A model generated the notes under the pieces. That model had not been told where the DNA came from. It saw only the letters and a list, made by a program, of their open reading frames with translations, and did no database searches. Of a DNA stretch of 46,028 nucleotides, positions 8,736 to 18,150 are shown piece after piece. Numbering within the stretch: the first letter of the stretch is position 1; every line of letters starts with the position of its first letter. The position numbers and the translations under genes are program-made. The stretch is from Candidatus Undinarchaeota archaeon (GTDB taxonomy: Archaea > Undinarchaeota > Undinarchaeia > Undinarchaeales > UBA543), in the NCBI GenBank assembly GCA_964636545.1, contig CAZWSR010000006.1:1-46028 (forward strand). Direction: 5' to 3'.

Positions 8736-10903
8736 AGTTTTAGTTTTTTCAAAAGCAAAGAATTTGTTACAACACTCACAGAACTGAATGCCATTGCTGC
8801 CCCCGCCAATATTGGTGAAAGAAGCCATCCAGTAAATGGATAAAGCACTCCAGCAGCTACTGGTATTCCAAGAGTATTGTAGAATAAAGCCCAGAACATG
8901 TTTTGCTTGATTTTTCTCATTGTTGATTGGCTTAATTTAATGGATTTGGCAACATCAAGTAAGTCATCCTGCATTAAAACAATGTTTCCTGTCTCCATTG
9001 CAACATCAGTGCCTGATCCAAGTGCAATTCCAATATCTGCTTGCGCAATAGCTGGAGCGTCATTAATTCCATCACCAACCATGGCAACTTTTCCTTTTTC
9101 CTGTAGTTGTTTAACATAACCAAGCTTGTCTTTTGGTAGAACATCAGCAAAAACATTAGTGATTCCAACACTGGTTGCTATTGCTTTTGCAGTTCTCTCA
9201 TTATCACCAGTTATCAAATAAACTTCTGAACCAAGATCTTGTAATTCTTTTACTGCTTGTTTTGAAGTTTCTCTAAGAGTATCAGCAACACCAATTAATC
9301 CAAGAACTGTTTTAGTATCTGAAAGAACCATTACTGTTTTTCCTTGTGATTCTAATTCAGTAATTTGAGTAACATGCGCTGAAACATCAACCTTATTGAC
9401 TTGCATTAGCTTCTTGTTTCCAAGCAAATATTTCTGAGAATTAATTGTTCCAGAAACACCATGGCCAGGAACTGCAGTAAATCCAGAAACTTTATCCAAA
9501 GCCAGACTGCCAGCTTTCTTGACAATTGCATCTGCAAGAGGGTGCTCTGAAGCTTTTTCAAGGGAAGCAGCTATTTTCAAAACTTCGCCACTAAATTTAA
9601 CAAGATCAGTAACTTCTGGCTTTCCTTTTGTTATGGTGCCTGTTTTGTCAAGGATAATGTAGTCAAGCTTGTGCGCGGTTTCAAGTGCTTCACCACCTTT
9701 GATGAGAATGCCATTCTGTGCCCCTTTCCCAGATCCAACCATTATTGCAGTTGGTGTTGCAAGACCAAGAGAACATGGACATGCAATTACTAAAACTGCA
9801 ACTGAGGCAATTAATGCAAATGATAATTCAACTGAAAAGATGAAGAACCATGTAATAAATGTTAATATTGAAATTACAATCACAATAGGTACAAAATATT
9901 TTGAAACAGTGTCTGCAAATCTCTGAATAGGTGCTTTCTGAGCTTGCGCATCGTCAATAAGCTTAATTATTCTTGAAAGAGTTGTGTTTGCTCCAACTTT
10001 TGTTGCTTTAAAAGTGAAAGAACCATTTTTGTTAATTGTTGCTGACAAAACGTCAGATCCTTTTTTCTTTTCAATTGGAATACTTTCCCCAGTAACCATG
10101 CTCTCATCAACAGAAGATGTCCCTTCTAAAATAACGCCGTCAACAGGAACTCGCTCACCTGGCTTAACCATAATAATATCGCCAACTTGCACACCATCAA
10201 TTGAAATACTCACAAACTCGCCATTACGCTTGACCATAGCGGTTTTCGGACTTAATTGCATGAGTTTTTTAATTGCTTCAGAAGTCCTACCTTTTGCAAT
10301 TGATTCAAAATACTTGCCCATAATAACAAGTGTTATCAAAATTGCGGAAGTTTCAAAATACTGGCCACTGCCAGGATTGAAAAGTACAAGATAAACACTG
10401 AAAAAGTATGCAGCACTTGTACCAAGAGCAATTAGCGAATCCATATTTGCTGATTTGTTTTTGAGTGCAGACCATGTCCCTTTGTAAAATTGCCAACCAA
10501 CAATGAACTGAACAGGAGTTGCAAGGAACCATAATATATAATCATTATACGGAATCATAATTCCAGCCCACATGAAAACCATTCCGAAAATAAATGCAGG
10601 AATTGCGAAAATCATACTAAACAAAAATCTTTTCTTAAAATAATCAACTTCTTTTTTCTGAAAATTAGAATCCTTGAGAACATCTTCTTCTTTTAAAACT
10701 TCAGCTGTAAAACCAATGCCTTTTATTAATTCCATAAGCTTAGCTTCATTAATTACAGTGGGATCGTGCTCAACGATTGCTTTTGCTGTTCCAAAATTAA
10801 CAGCTGTTTTTGAAACCCCATTCTCCTTGTTTAAGGTTGTTTCAATATTGGCAGCACAGCTTGCACAGTGCATTCCAGTTACTTGAAATGTTGTTTTAGT
10901 CAA
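8732..10903 (-). CDS. copA: Cu(I)-translocating P1B-type ATPase
   Basis: GMHCASC, TGES, CPC, DKTGT, HP, GDGINDAP, YN and MAFSS. Likely TTG start at 10903. Confidence 0.95.
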   Translation of the reverse strand: MTKTTFQVTGMHCASCAANIETTLNKENGVSKTAVNFGTAKAIVEHDPTVINEAKLMELIKGIGFTAEVLKEEDVLKDSNFQKKEVDYFKKRFLFSMIFAIPAFIFGMVFMWAGIMIPYNDYILWFLATPVQFIVGWQFYKGTWSALKNKSANMDSLIALGTSAAYFFSVYLVLFNPGSGQYFETSAILITLVIMGKYFESIAKGRTSEAIKKLMQLSPKTAMVKRNGEFVSISIDGVQVGDIIMVKPGERVPVDGVILEGTSSVDESMVTGESIPIEKKKGSDVLSATINKNGSFTFKATKVGANTTLSRIIKLIDDAQAQKAPIQRFADTVSKYFVPIVIVISILTFITWFFIFSVELSFALIASVAVLVIACPCSLGLATPTAIMVGSGKGAQNGILIKGGEALETAHKLDYIILDKTGTITKGKPEVTDLVKFSGEVLKIAASLEKASEHPLADAIVKKAGSLALDKVSGFTAVPGHGVSGTINSQKYLLGNKKLMQVNKVDVSAHVTQITELESQGKTVMVLSDTKTVLGLIGVADTLRETSKQAVKELQDLGSEVYLITGDNERTAKAIATSVGITNVFADVLPKDKLGYVKQLQEKGKVAMVGDGINDAPAIAQADIGIALGSGTDVAMETGNIVLMQDDLLDVAKSIKLSQSTMRKIKQNMFWALFYNTLGIPVAAGVLYPFTGWLLSPILAGAAMAFSSVSVVTNSLLLKKLKL

Positions 10904-10905
10904 GA

Positions 10906-11805
10906 TTAACCACCACAGCCGCAGCTTGGTTTTCCGCAACTTCCTGTTCCGCCACAGCTTCCATCACAAGAGCTGCTAGGAGCTGGCTGGTTATTAAGGC
11001 TTTCTGCTTCAATTGAACTTATAACAGTTGGCTTGTACTCTTCAAAAACTTCCAGTGCCAGCATTTCTGTTTTTGGTGTGATAGTAGGATCGTATTTCAC
11101 TTCAAAATTATTGGGGAAACTGAAAGTAACTAAAGCAATTCCAGCTAGTGTTTTCAATTCACTTGTGATAAGAGGTGCGTGTCCAGGACATGGAATATCA
11201 ACTTTCATGTTTAGTGTTGACAAATCAGAATCTGCAACTCCGACTAAAGCTCCAGTTGGGCTTAAATTAGCAAGCATTGGAAATACGAAAAAGAACAGCA
11301 ACACATTGATTCCAACAGTGATTCCGTACATTGTTGCCAAATACCCTTTCTTTCTTTTGATTCCAGCAAATGAAAGTAGTTTGTTTTTTCTTAAGTATAT
11401 TACAGAAGAAACTGTTGCAAACCCAATTGAGATCAAAATCAGGATATGGAAAATATACCTGTTCATAAGCAATGGTCTGAAAATACTCATAGCAACTGTT
11501 GCGCCAATTACAGAAGCTACAATAAATCCAATACAACCAATATGCGGAATTAATCCATATGCTAGTGCCTGTTTCCAAGTTTTCGGTTTCTTTGCTTCTC
11601 CTTCAGAAGAAAAACCAATTTCACTAAGTTTTGAAAGAATAGTTTCCTGATTTGTTTTGTCAGGATAATATTCTATAGTGACGTCATTCTCAAGCAAATT
11701 TGCATTAACACTTGTAACACCTTCCATAGAGCCGACTCCCTGCTCTATTTTATTTACACAGCTTTCGCAGTGCATTCCTTTTACTGGTAAGTTTATTTTT
11801 TTCAT
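10906..11805 (-). CDS. Heavy-metal-associated domain membrane protein with a Cys-rich tail
   Basis: GMHCESC, three TMs with PHIGC, a second HMA-like domain IPCPGH, tail CDGSCGGTGSCGKPSCGCGG. Confidence 0.8.
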   Translation of the reverse strand: MKKINLPVKGMHCESCVNKIEQGVGSMEGVTSVNANLLENDVTIEYYPDKTNQETILSKLSEIGFSSEGEAKKPKTWKQALAYGLIPHIGCIGFIVASVIGATVAMSIFRPLLMNRYIFHILILISIGFATVSSVIYLRKNKLLSFAGIKRKKGYLATMYGITVGINVLLFFFVFPMLANLSPTGALVGVADSDLSTLNMKVDIPCPGHAPLITSELKTLAGIALVTFSFPNNFEVKYDPTITPKTEMLALEVFEEYKPTVISSIEAESLNNQPAPSSSCDGSCGGTGSCGKPSCGCGG

Positions 11806-12164
11806 TTTGAACCTAAATTACAGTCACTAAGCTCTACAAGCTCTCTAAGTGATTGTGTGCCAGAATATTGCTCTCCATCAATAATCCAAGTTGGATAACT
11901 ATTTACTCCAGCATCTTTGCATTCGCTCCTTCTAGCATCGCAGTCAATGTAATCAACTTTCTTAAAAGATTTCCCAAATAATTCTTTCTGATCTTTGCAA
12001 TGAGAACACCATTCTGTTCCATACATCTTAATGCCCTTGTTTGTTAGACAATCTGCAAAATCATCATAATCGCCAGGCGAAGTTGCGGACTTAAACATTC
12101 CATAGCCAGCCAATACAACTATGATTCCAATGATTGCAAGATATGCTGTGGTTTTTGTTTTCAT
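11802..12164 (-). CDS. Membrane-anchored thioredoxin/glutaredoxin-like protein
   Basis: N-terminal TM, WCSHC and YPTW. Confidence 0.85.
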   Translation of the reverse strand: MKTKTTAYLAIIGIIVVLAGYGMFKSATSPGDYDDFADCLTNKGIKMYGTEWCSHCKDQKELFGKSFKKVDYIDCDARRSECKDAGVNSYPTWIIDGEQYSGTQSLRELVELSDCNLGSK

Positions 12165-12169
12165 TTTAT

Positions 12170-12607
12170 TTAATTGAATTTTGAAGCTCCTGTGTTTAAA
12201 TCAGCTTCAGTTATTATAATATTATCACCTTCAATTTTATGAGGGAGATAGCCGGGCCAGCAACCGCCGCCTTTTGTGTTCTTTGTTCCAAGACCGTCAA
12301 TTGCATACTTGTTTCCGCAATTATTGCAAATCATGTAATCGCCTTCTTGTCTGTAACCTTTTCCTGACCTGTAACAAACATCGCAGGCATCAAATGCAGT
12401 TCTTGGTGTTCCGTCAGAACCAAGGATAGTAAAATAGCGAATACCTTCAAATGTGTAAAAAGTTGCTTGGTCAGATACTTCTGACAAAGAGAGTTCAATA
12501 GATTTGCCATTATCTACAGATTTGTCTGCGTTTCCAGTACAACCAGATACAGCTACAATAGATATTAACAAGATTCCGATGAATATCTGAATTTTCATGA
12601 AATACAT
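12170..12607 (-). CDS. DUF2318-like putative Fe-S/metal-binding lipoprotein
   Basis: VSGC lipobox; AFDACDVC, GY, CNNCG and GGCWP. Confidence 0.75.
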   Translation of the reverse strand: MYFMKIQIFIGILLISIVAVSGCTGNADKSVDNGKSIELSLSEVSDQATFYTFEGIRYFTILGSDGTPRTAFDACDVCYRSGKGYRQEGDYMICNNCGNKYAIDGLGTKNTKGGGCWPGYLPHKIEGDNIIITEADLNTGASKFN

Positions 12608-12636
12608 GTGTTTGAAACAGCATATAACTTATAGCA

Positions 12637-12650
12637 TGAAACTAGTTTCA
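12637..12650. promoter_or_regulatory. Perfect 14-bp palindrome TGAAACTAGTTTCA, putative operator
   Basis: Lies just upstream of an AT-rich TATA-like box for the 12607 gene. A further TGAAAC half-site sits at 12613-12618. Confidence 0.45.
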
Positions 12651-13502
12651 CTTCTTTAATCCAAGAATTTTAATAAGCTCACAGCGTTTACATAATTCAT
12701 TTTTAGTAGGTTCTTTGCAAACTGCGCAAGAATTGTTTGAGTTGGTTTGTGGTTTTGGAGCTTGTTTTTTCAGAAGTGGAAATATTTTCAAAAAGTTCCT
12801 CACTAGTTTCTCTTTTGCACCTGGCTCTTGCTTTTCAATTTCCGCAATGAAAGCTCTTGCATCACTTCGGAAAGCACCATGAGAACAAGGACAAGGATCA
12901 TAAAGCACTTGGAATTTTTTTGTTTTGGAATATTTTCGTATTTCGTCGTTGGTGCAGAAGAATAATGGTTTAATTCTGTGTACAAACTTCTTATTTGGAC
13001 AGTTCCTTTTTGGACCAAAACCAAGTAGAAGTTCCTGATTTCCATTAAAAAGATTCATCAATAATGTTTCTGCTTCATCATCAAGATTATGACCAGTTAC
13101 AAGTTTTGTTCCGCCAAGTTCTCTGGCTTTTTTATTAATTAACCAGCGTTTTATTACTCCGCAAATCATACAATTGTTTAATTTTTTTCTAGCTTGAATT
13201 CCCATCCGGATATGGCAAATTGAGCAACCAAGTTCTTTTCGAATATCCACAACATTCAGCTTGATGTTTTGTTCTTTGCAGAATTTTTTAGCGTTATCAA
13301 GATTATCATCAGACCATTTTCCAATAAGCAAATCAATCATCAGACCCTCAACATCATATCCGAATTTTTTAAGAAGATATAGAATTACAATTGAATCCTT
13401 GCCACCAGAACAAGCAACAACAATTTTGTCTTTTTTTGTAGCAAGCTTGTACTCCTTGACAGTGTTTCTCACTTTGTTTTCAAAATCTTTCATAAAATCC
13501 AT
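12648..13502 (-). CDS. TtuA/Ncs6-like PP-loop tRNA sulfurtransferase
   Basis: SGGKDS, CMICGVIKR, TGHNLDDEAET, PCP and a C-terminal CxxC...CxxC. The N-terminal Zn finger is absent. Confidence 0.8.
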   Translation of the reverse strand: MDFMKDFENKVRNTVKEYKLATKKDKIVVACSGGKDSIVILYLLKKFGYDVEGLMIDLLIGKWSDDNLDNAKKFCKEQNIKLNVVDIRKELGCSICHIRMGIQARKKLNNCMICGVIKRWLINKKARELGGTKLVTGHNLDDEAETLLMNLFNGNQELLLGFGPKRNCPNKKFVHRIKPLFFCTNDEIRKYSKTKKFQVLYDPCPCSHGAFRSDARAFIAEIEKQEPGAKEKLVRNFLKIFPLLKKQAPKPQTNSNNSCAVCKEPTKNELCKRCELIKILGLKK

Positions 13503-13503
13503 T

Positions 13504-14001
13504 TTAGTGTTTTAAAATAACAATATTAGACATTCCCCTGCGTTTTCTTTCAATTAAGTTTCGGCCTTCAAGTTTATCAAGAAGCCTAGTTACTTTTACT
13601 TTATTGAATCCAGTTTTTTTAACAAGCTCTGTTTGGAAAATTGATCCCTGATCAACAATTAGTTTTCCAAAAACATGTCTTTCATCAGCAGGAAGTGTTC
13701 CAAGAACCTTTGTATAATCATTTTTTGAAATTTGTTTTTCTTTTGGTTTCTGTTTTGGCTTGAAAAATCTTTTGTCAATTTGCTCTGAAAACACTAAGTA
13801 GAGACCAATAAGCAGAATAACTCCCATTAAAACCAAACTAATGTTTGTATGCAAATTTATTGACTGCCACATAGGACAGGATTCTCCATGAGAGCAAGTA
13901 GCATTTACAATATTTGTTAAAGCTCTGTTGAAAAGCAGAGTAACTAGACCAATAACTCCTGCAGTTCCAATTATAATAAAGCCAACAAAGCGATTTTCCA
14001 T
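13504..14001 (-). CDS. Membrane-anchored winged-helix transcription regulator
   Basis: TM, loop CSHGESCPMW, TM, then wHTH (IFQTELVKKTGFNKVKVTRLLDKLEGRNLIERKRRG). Confidence 0.8.
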   Translation of the reverse strand: MENRFVGFIIIGTAGVIGLVTLLFNRALTNIVNATCSHGESCPMWQSINLHTNISLVLMGVILLIGLYLVFSEQIDKRFFKPKQKPKEKQISKNDYTKVLGTLPADERHVFGKLIVDQGSIFQTELVKKTGFNKVKVTRLLDKLEGRNLIERKRRGMSNIVILKH

Positions 14002-14039
14002 AAAATTAAATTGAAAAGTTCTTATTTAAAGGTAGTGGA

Positions 14040-15062
14040 TTAGGAAGATAGCCCAGCTTTCTTCAAAATCTCTTCAGCGCGCTTAACAGTTGCTTCAGAT
14101 TCCAGGCCATTCTTATGTTCTTTCTTGTACTCACCACATCTTCGCAGAATCTCTTTTTCAGCTGCTTTGCGAACTACAGAGTCATTAACCAGCCCTTCTT
14201 TAATCATATTCACACCCATTTCAGTTGGAGAACTAAGCCAATTGGTCTGTCCAGGTGCGGTTTTTTCTAAAAGTTCTTTCATTAAAGCATAATTTTCAAT
14301 ATCGCGATTATAATTTACTGAATCAACACCTGTTTTTTTCTTGTAATAAATATCAATTTGATTTTCATCAGCAAGGTCAGCTGTTGCAGATTCGTAAGCC
14401 AGATTTACTGGATGCTCTATTGGTAAATTCCAAACAGGAAATGTTTCATATTTTGCATAATGAGAATAATGTTTTTGCTTGTAATCATGGTAAAGTTGAA
14501 TTAAACAGGTGCTGAATTTGCCAGAACCTCCGCCAGGACCAGTTATTCCAACTAATCGTTCTTTGAATTTGATTTGATGCTCTTGTCCAAAACCACTTTC
14601 ACTAATAATTAATTCTAGATTAGTAGGATAATTTTCAATTCTATTAAAAACATAATTTTTTACACCAAGTTTGTCAAGCTTTTTCTTTAATTCATCTGCT
14701 TTCTTTTCACCATTGTAGATTGTAATTGCAACACAAGAAACATTTAGATTGTTCTTTTTCAGAATTTCAAGATCTTTGAAAACCTGCTTGGGATATGGTA
14801 GACCAGTATCCTCGTAAATTTTTCCTCGCTCAAGATCAGGAGCACTTACACAATAAACTAATTCAAGGTTTTCAGCAATTTGGCTAAGCACTTGTAATTT
14901 AGCATCTGGTTCATAGCCAGGAAGAACTCTGGATGCATGCATATCTGCGTAGAGCTTGCCACCTATTTCAAAATAAAATCGCTTATTGAAAGTTTTTAGT
15001 CGTTTTAGGATTTCCTCAGATTGAGCTTGCACATATTTTTTTGTGTTGAATGCAGTAGGCAT
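14040..15062 (-). CDS. DUF1846/UPF0371-family P-loop protein, apparently a short form
   Basis: EIGGKL, HASRVLPG, GPGGGSGK, KYETFPVWNLP, YNRD and SPTEMGVN. Start MPTAF at 15062. Confidence 0.85.
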   Translation of the reverse strand: MPTAFNTKKYVQAQSEEILKRLKTFNKRFYFEIGGKLYADMHASRVLPGYEPDAKLQVLSQIAENLELVYCVSAPDLERGKIYEDTGLPYPKQVFKDLEILKKNNLNVSCVAITIYNGEKKADELKKKLDKLGVKNYVFNRIENYPTNLELIISESGFGQEHQIKFKERLVGITGPGGGSGKFSTCLIQLYHDYKQKHYSHYAKYETFPVWNLPIEHPVNLAYESATADLADENQIDIYYKKKTGVDSVNYNRDIENYALMKELLEKTAPGQTNWLSSPTEMGVNMIKEGLVNDSVVRKAAEKEILRRCGEYKKEHKNGLESEATVKRAEEILKKAGLSS

Positions 15063-15135
15063 GTAAAAAGAATATGAAAAGTTTGTATAAAAAGTGTGCG
15101 GTAGATTAAAATAAGGAAAGAAACAAGAAGAGGAT

Positions 15136-15906
15136 ATGGGTGACAAAGAAGATCTTGAGAAAATAGTGAACAAGCCAGGAACATTTTCTAAATTAGTTGA
15201 TATGCCACTGAAAACACACCTCAAGGAAAGTTTACTTAGAGAAAAAAGGAAATATCAAAAAAAAGAATATACACTAAAAATGCACTTAACGCAAAAGAAT
15301 AATGAATTAGAATTATTTGGAGAAGGATTCTTTTCAATTAAAATACGGACATCTTGGACTGGAATAATTTTTAATAAAAAATTAACTGAATTAGTTCGGG
15401 GAAAATATAAAAAAATATTAAAAAAGGATATAGAGAAATTAATAAATGAAAAAGATATCATCCCGCCGATACCAAGCAGATGGATAAATATGGATGTGAT
15501 TAAATGGAAAAATTGGAAAAATGTAGAAGTGTTTTTAAAAGAGGAGGAAATAAAAATAGTAAAAGTAAGAGAAGAAAATGAGAATATTTTAGAAAGATTT
15601 TTAAGAAGATATATATGGAAATTCGCCGATAAAGTTCAAAGAGAAAGAATATTTGGCGAATATATCTTCACTTTAGCAGCGTTAGAAAATCTTGTTGAAG
15701 CCCATTGGGATAAAGGAGTAAGCACATATTTTCTAGGAAAAGATAATGTAATCAGACCAATTAACAATATACATTGGAAATACATAAATGCAATTGTCAA
15801 AAAAGACTATACAGCAGAGGACTTGGAATGCGTTAAAAAATTCAAAAACAAAATTAAATTCTATACATATAATCCAGAAACAGGATATACTAAATTACTA
15901 AATTAA
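15136..15906 (+). CDS. Hypothetical protein, very AT-rich
   Basis: 256-aa ORF with no recognised motif. Confidence 0.65.
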   Translation: MGDKEDLEKIVNKPGTFSKLVDMPLKTHLKESLLREKRKYQKKEYTLKMHLTQKNNELELFGEGFFSIKIRTSWTGIIFNKKLTELVRGKYKKILKKDIEKLINEKDIIPPIPSRWINMDVIKWKNWKNVEVFLKEEEIKIVKVREENENILERFLRRYIWKFADKVQRERIFGEYIFTLAALENLVEAHWDKGVSTYFLGKDNVIRPINNIHWKYINAIVKKDYTAEDLECVKKFKNKIKFYTYNPETGYTKLLN

Positions 15907-16962
15907 TTTCTCAACAATCCTTTCCGCAGTTTTACCATCCCACAATTCAGGAACTTGAGTAATTACTGATTCAGAAACTTGATTTACAGCATTTAATATT
16001 TTTTCTTTATCTTGACCTGCAATTACATTTGCACCAACTTCAACAGTCACAGGCCTTTCTGTTTCACTTCTCAAAGTTACACAAGGCACTTTCAAAATAG
16101 TTGCTTCCTCCTGAATCCCACCAGAATCAGTTAAAATCAGTTTTGCATTTGAGATCAGATTCAAAAAGTCCAGATAACCAAGTGGTTCAATAATTTGCAA
16201 AGAGTTCAATTTGTCTGTTAATCCAAATTCGTCAATCATTTTCTTTGTTCTTGGATGAATTGGAAATACAATTTTTGTTTTTTCAGAAATTTCTGCTAAA
16301 GTATCCAGCAAACCAATTAAAACTTCTTTTTTATCAACATTTCCAGGCCTGTGAAGAGTCAAAACAGCATAATTCTTTGTTTCTAAATTCAGAAGTTCAA
16401 GTACTTTGGATGTTTTTGCTTTTTCCAATGACTTGAGAAGAGTGTCAATCATTACATTTCCAACAAAATGAACACCTTCAGTAATTCCTTCTTTCTTTAA
16501 ATTCTCATTTGCACTATTTTCAGTTGTGAAAAGTAAATTTGAAACCTTGTCAACAACAATTCTATTAATTTCTTCAGGCATTTCCCAATTAAAACTGCGC
16601 AAACCTGCTTCAATATGAGCGATTTTGATTTTCAATTTAGCTGCAACAATTGCTCCAGCAAGTGCTGAATTGCAATCGCCAACCACAATTACCAAGTCTG
16701 GATTCTGCTCAAGCATTACTTTCTCAAGTTTAACCATCATTTCAGCTGTTTGCTGAGCTTGTGAGCCTGGCCCAACTCCTAAATTCATATTTGGTTCTGG
16801 AATTCCAAGTTCATCAAAAAAGAGTTTGGACATATTCTCGTCATAATGCTGGCCAGTGTGAACTAGGAAATGCTCTACAGATTCGTGCTGTTTCAGTGCA
16901 TCTACAATAGGCGCGATTTTCATAAAATTCGGTCTTGCACCTACTATTGACAAAATTTTCAT
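15898..16962 (-). CDS. wecB: UDP-N-acetylglucosamine 2-epimerase (non-hydrolysing)
   Basis: GARPNFMK, HTGQHYD, HIEAGLRS, PEEINR and DSGGIQEEA. Confidence 0.95.
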   Translation of the reverse strand: MKILSIVGARPNFMKIAPIVDALKQHESVEHFLVHTGQHYDENMSKLFFDELGIPEPNMNLGVGPGSQAQQTAEMMVKLEKVMLEQNPDLVIVVGDCNSALAGAIVAAKLKIKIAHIEAGLRSFNWEMPEEINRIVVDKVSNLLFTTENSANENLKKEGITEGVHFVGNVMIDTLLKSLEKAKTSKVLELLNLETKNYAVLTLHRPGNVDKKEVLIGLLDTLAEISEKTKIVFPIHPRTKKMIDEFGLTDKLNSLQIIEPLGYLDFLNLISNAKLILTDSGGIQEEATILKVPCVTLRSETERPVTVEVGANVIAGQDKEKILNAVNQVSESVITQVPELWDGKTAERIVEKLI

Positions 16963-17069
16963 TACCTAGAATGAGTTGGTTGGAGTATAAAAAAGTTGGG
17001 GAGGACATACCCAACAAACCCACCAGAGTTGGCTAATACTTAAATATGCTCCAACGCGCACCACCAACT

Positions 17070-17137
17070 TGAAGACAATTTGTCTTCAGCTCACGAAAAC
17101 CTTTGTCTGCAAGCCAAAATCAAAAGATTAGGCTTGC
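17070..17137 (+). promoter_or_regulatory. Two inverted repeats in the leader of the pilin gene
   Basis: TGAAGACAA-T-TTGTCTTCA (17070-17088) and GCAAGCC...GGCTTGC (17109-17137). TATA-like cttaaata at about 17040; SD AGGAGGT before 17164. Confidence 0.5.
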
Positions 17138-17163
17138 TGGCATTCTTCAAAAGGAGGTAAAAA

Positions 17164-17493
17164 ATGAAAAAACTATTGATAGCAATATTGGTTTTCACTT
17201 GTCTTGTAGTGGTTCCTCAGCTTGTAATTGGGCTGGAATCAGACAACTTAACAGAAAATCAAACAAATGCAATGAATGAAATCAAAACAACTGTTGGAAG
17301 CATAACTTTATTCATCCGACTGATTGGCGGAGCAGTTGGAACTCTTGTTTTAACTGCTGGCGGAGTAATGTTCATGACTGCTGGAGAAAAACCAGAGCGA
17401 AAAGAGCAAGCAAAGCAGATTCTGACAATGGGCGTTATTGGTTTAGTGATAATTCTAATTGCACCAGCTGTTGTGACATTTATTATTGGATGA
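17164..17493 (+). CDS. TrbC/VirB2-like pilin
   Basis: Signal peptide plus two hydrophobic helices separated by a charged loop (AGEKPERKEQAK), then GVIGLVII. Confidence 0.7.
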   Translation: MKKLLIAILVFTCLVVVPQLVIGLESDNLTENQTNAMNEIKTTVGSITLFIRLIGGAVGTLVLTAGGVMFMTAGEKPERKEQAKQILTMGVIGLVIILIAPAVVTFIIG

Positions 17494-18149
17494 AACTGAA
17501 AATATTGATTGCGTCAGTGCTAATTGGAATGCTTTTACAAGTTTCATTAGCAAGTGCAGTTGGAACTAGTGGAGGAACAACTGGAGGATTTGTTGGCGGA
17601 CCGCCAATGAGTGGAGGAGGTAGCAGTTGCGATTGTCCAGATGCTGGAGAAATTGCAGATACAGTTATTGGTAAAATAAAAGAAGAAACAAAAACAGAAA
17701 TCCCCCAAACAATTGATTACTCAGAATTAGAAAAACCAATAGAAAAAATTAAGGAAAAAATCAATATAACAACTTTTTCTGGAAAAGCTGAAGAAATAAT
17801 AGGCCAGGGCCAAGAATTATTAGATACACCACTTACAGAAGCTCCAGCTGGAATAGGCTGGCTTCTTGACAAACTCAAATATGTTGGAATAGATATGTCA
17901 ATTTTGACTTACAGAGAAGCAAGGCAAGTTGGTTCTTGTGCTGTGATTTCAGCTGGTGGATTATGGGATTATCTTTCAACACTTCAAGATTGTGTGTCAA
18001 ATGTTATTGATGCAAAACTTGCAAAAGAAGCTCCAGAGAGACTTGCGCGAGAACAACAAGAAAAAAATATTGAATCAGCATATGAAGCAACTGTAATAAT
18101 TTCTAAAGAACTTGTATCAAATAACACAGCTTCATTATTTGGGTGGTAA
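17490..18149 (+). CDS. Secreted hypothetical protein in the T4SS-like cluster
   Basis: Signal peptide and Gly-rich segment; ATGA coupling to the pilin gene. Confidence 0.6.
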   Translation: MKLKILIASVLIGMLLQVSLASAVGTSGGTTGGFVGGPPMSGGGSSCDCPDAGEIADTVIGKIKEETKTEIPQTIDYSELEKPIEKIKEKINITTFSGKAEEIIGQGQELLDTPLTEAPAGIGWLLDKLKYVGIDMSILTYREARQVGSCAVISAGGLWDYLSTLQDCVSNVIDAKLAKEAPERLAREQQEKNIESAYEATVIISKELVSNNTASLFGW

Positions 18150-18150
18150 A

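Noticed and set aside
11033-11650. 205-aa + strand ORF and similar antisense ORFs in pyrG, copA, glmS, atp and wecC
   Set aside because: Shadow ORFs opposite well-supported genes, with no motifs.
15063-15224. N-terminal extensions in the track for DUF1846 (also porA, gatE, copA)
   Set aside because: Upstream alternative starts overlap neighbouring genes; family similarity begins at the downstream starts.
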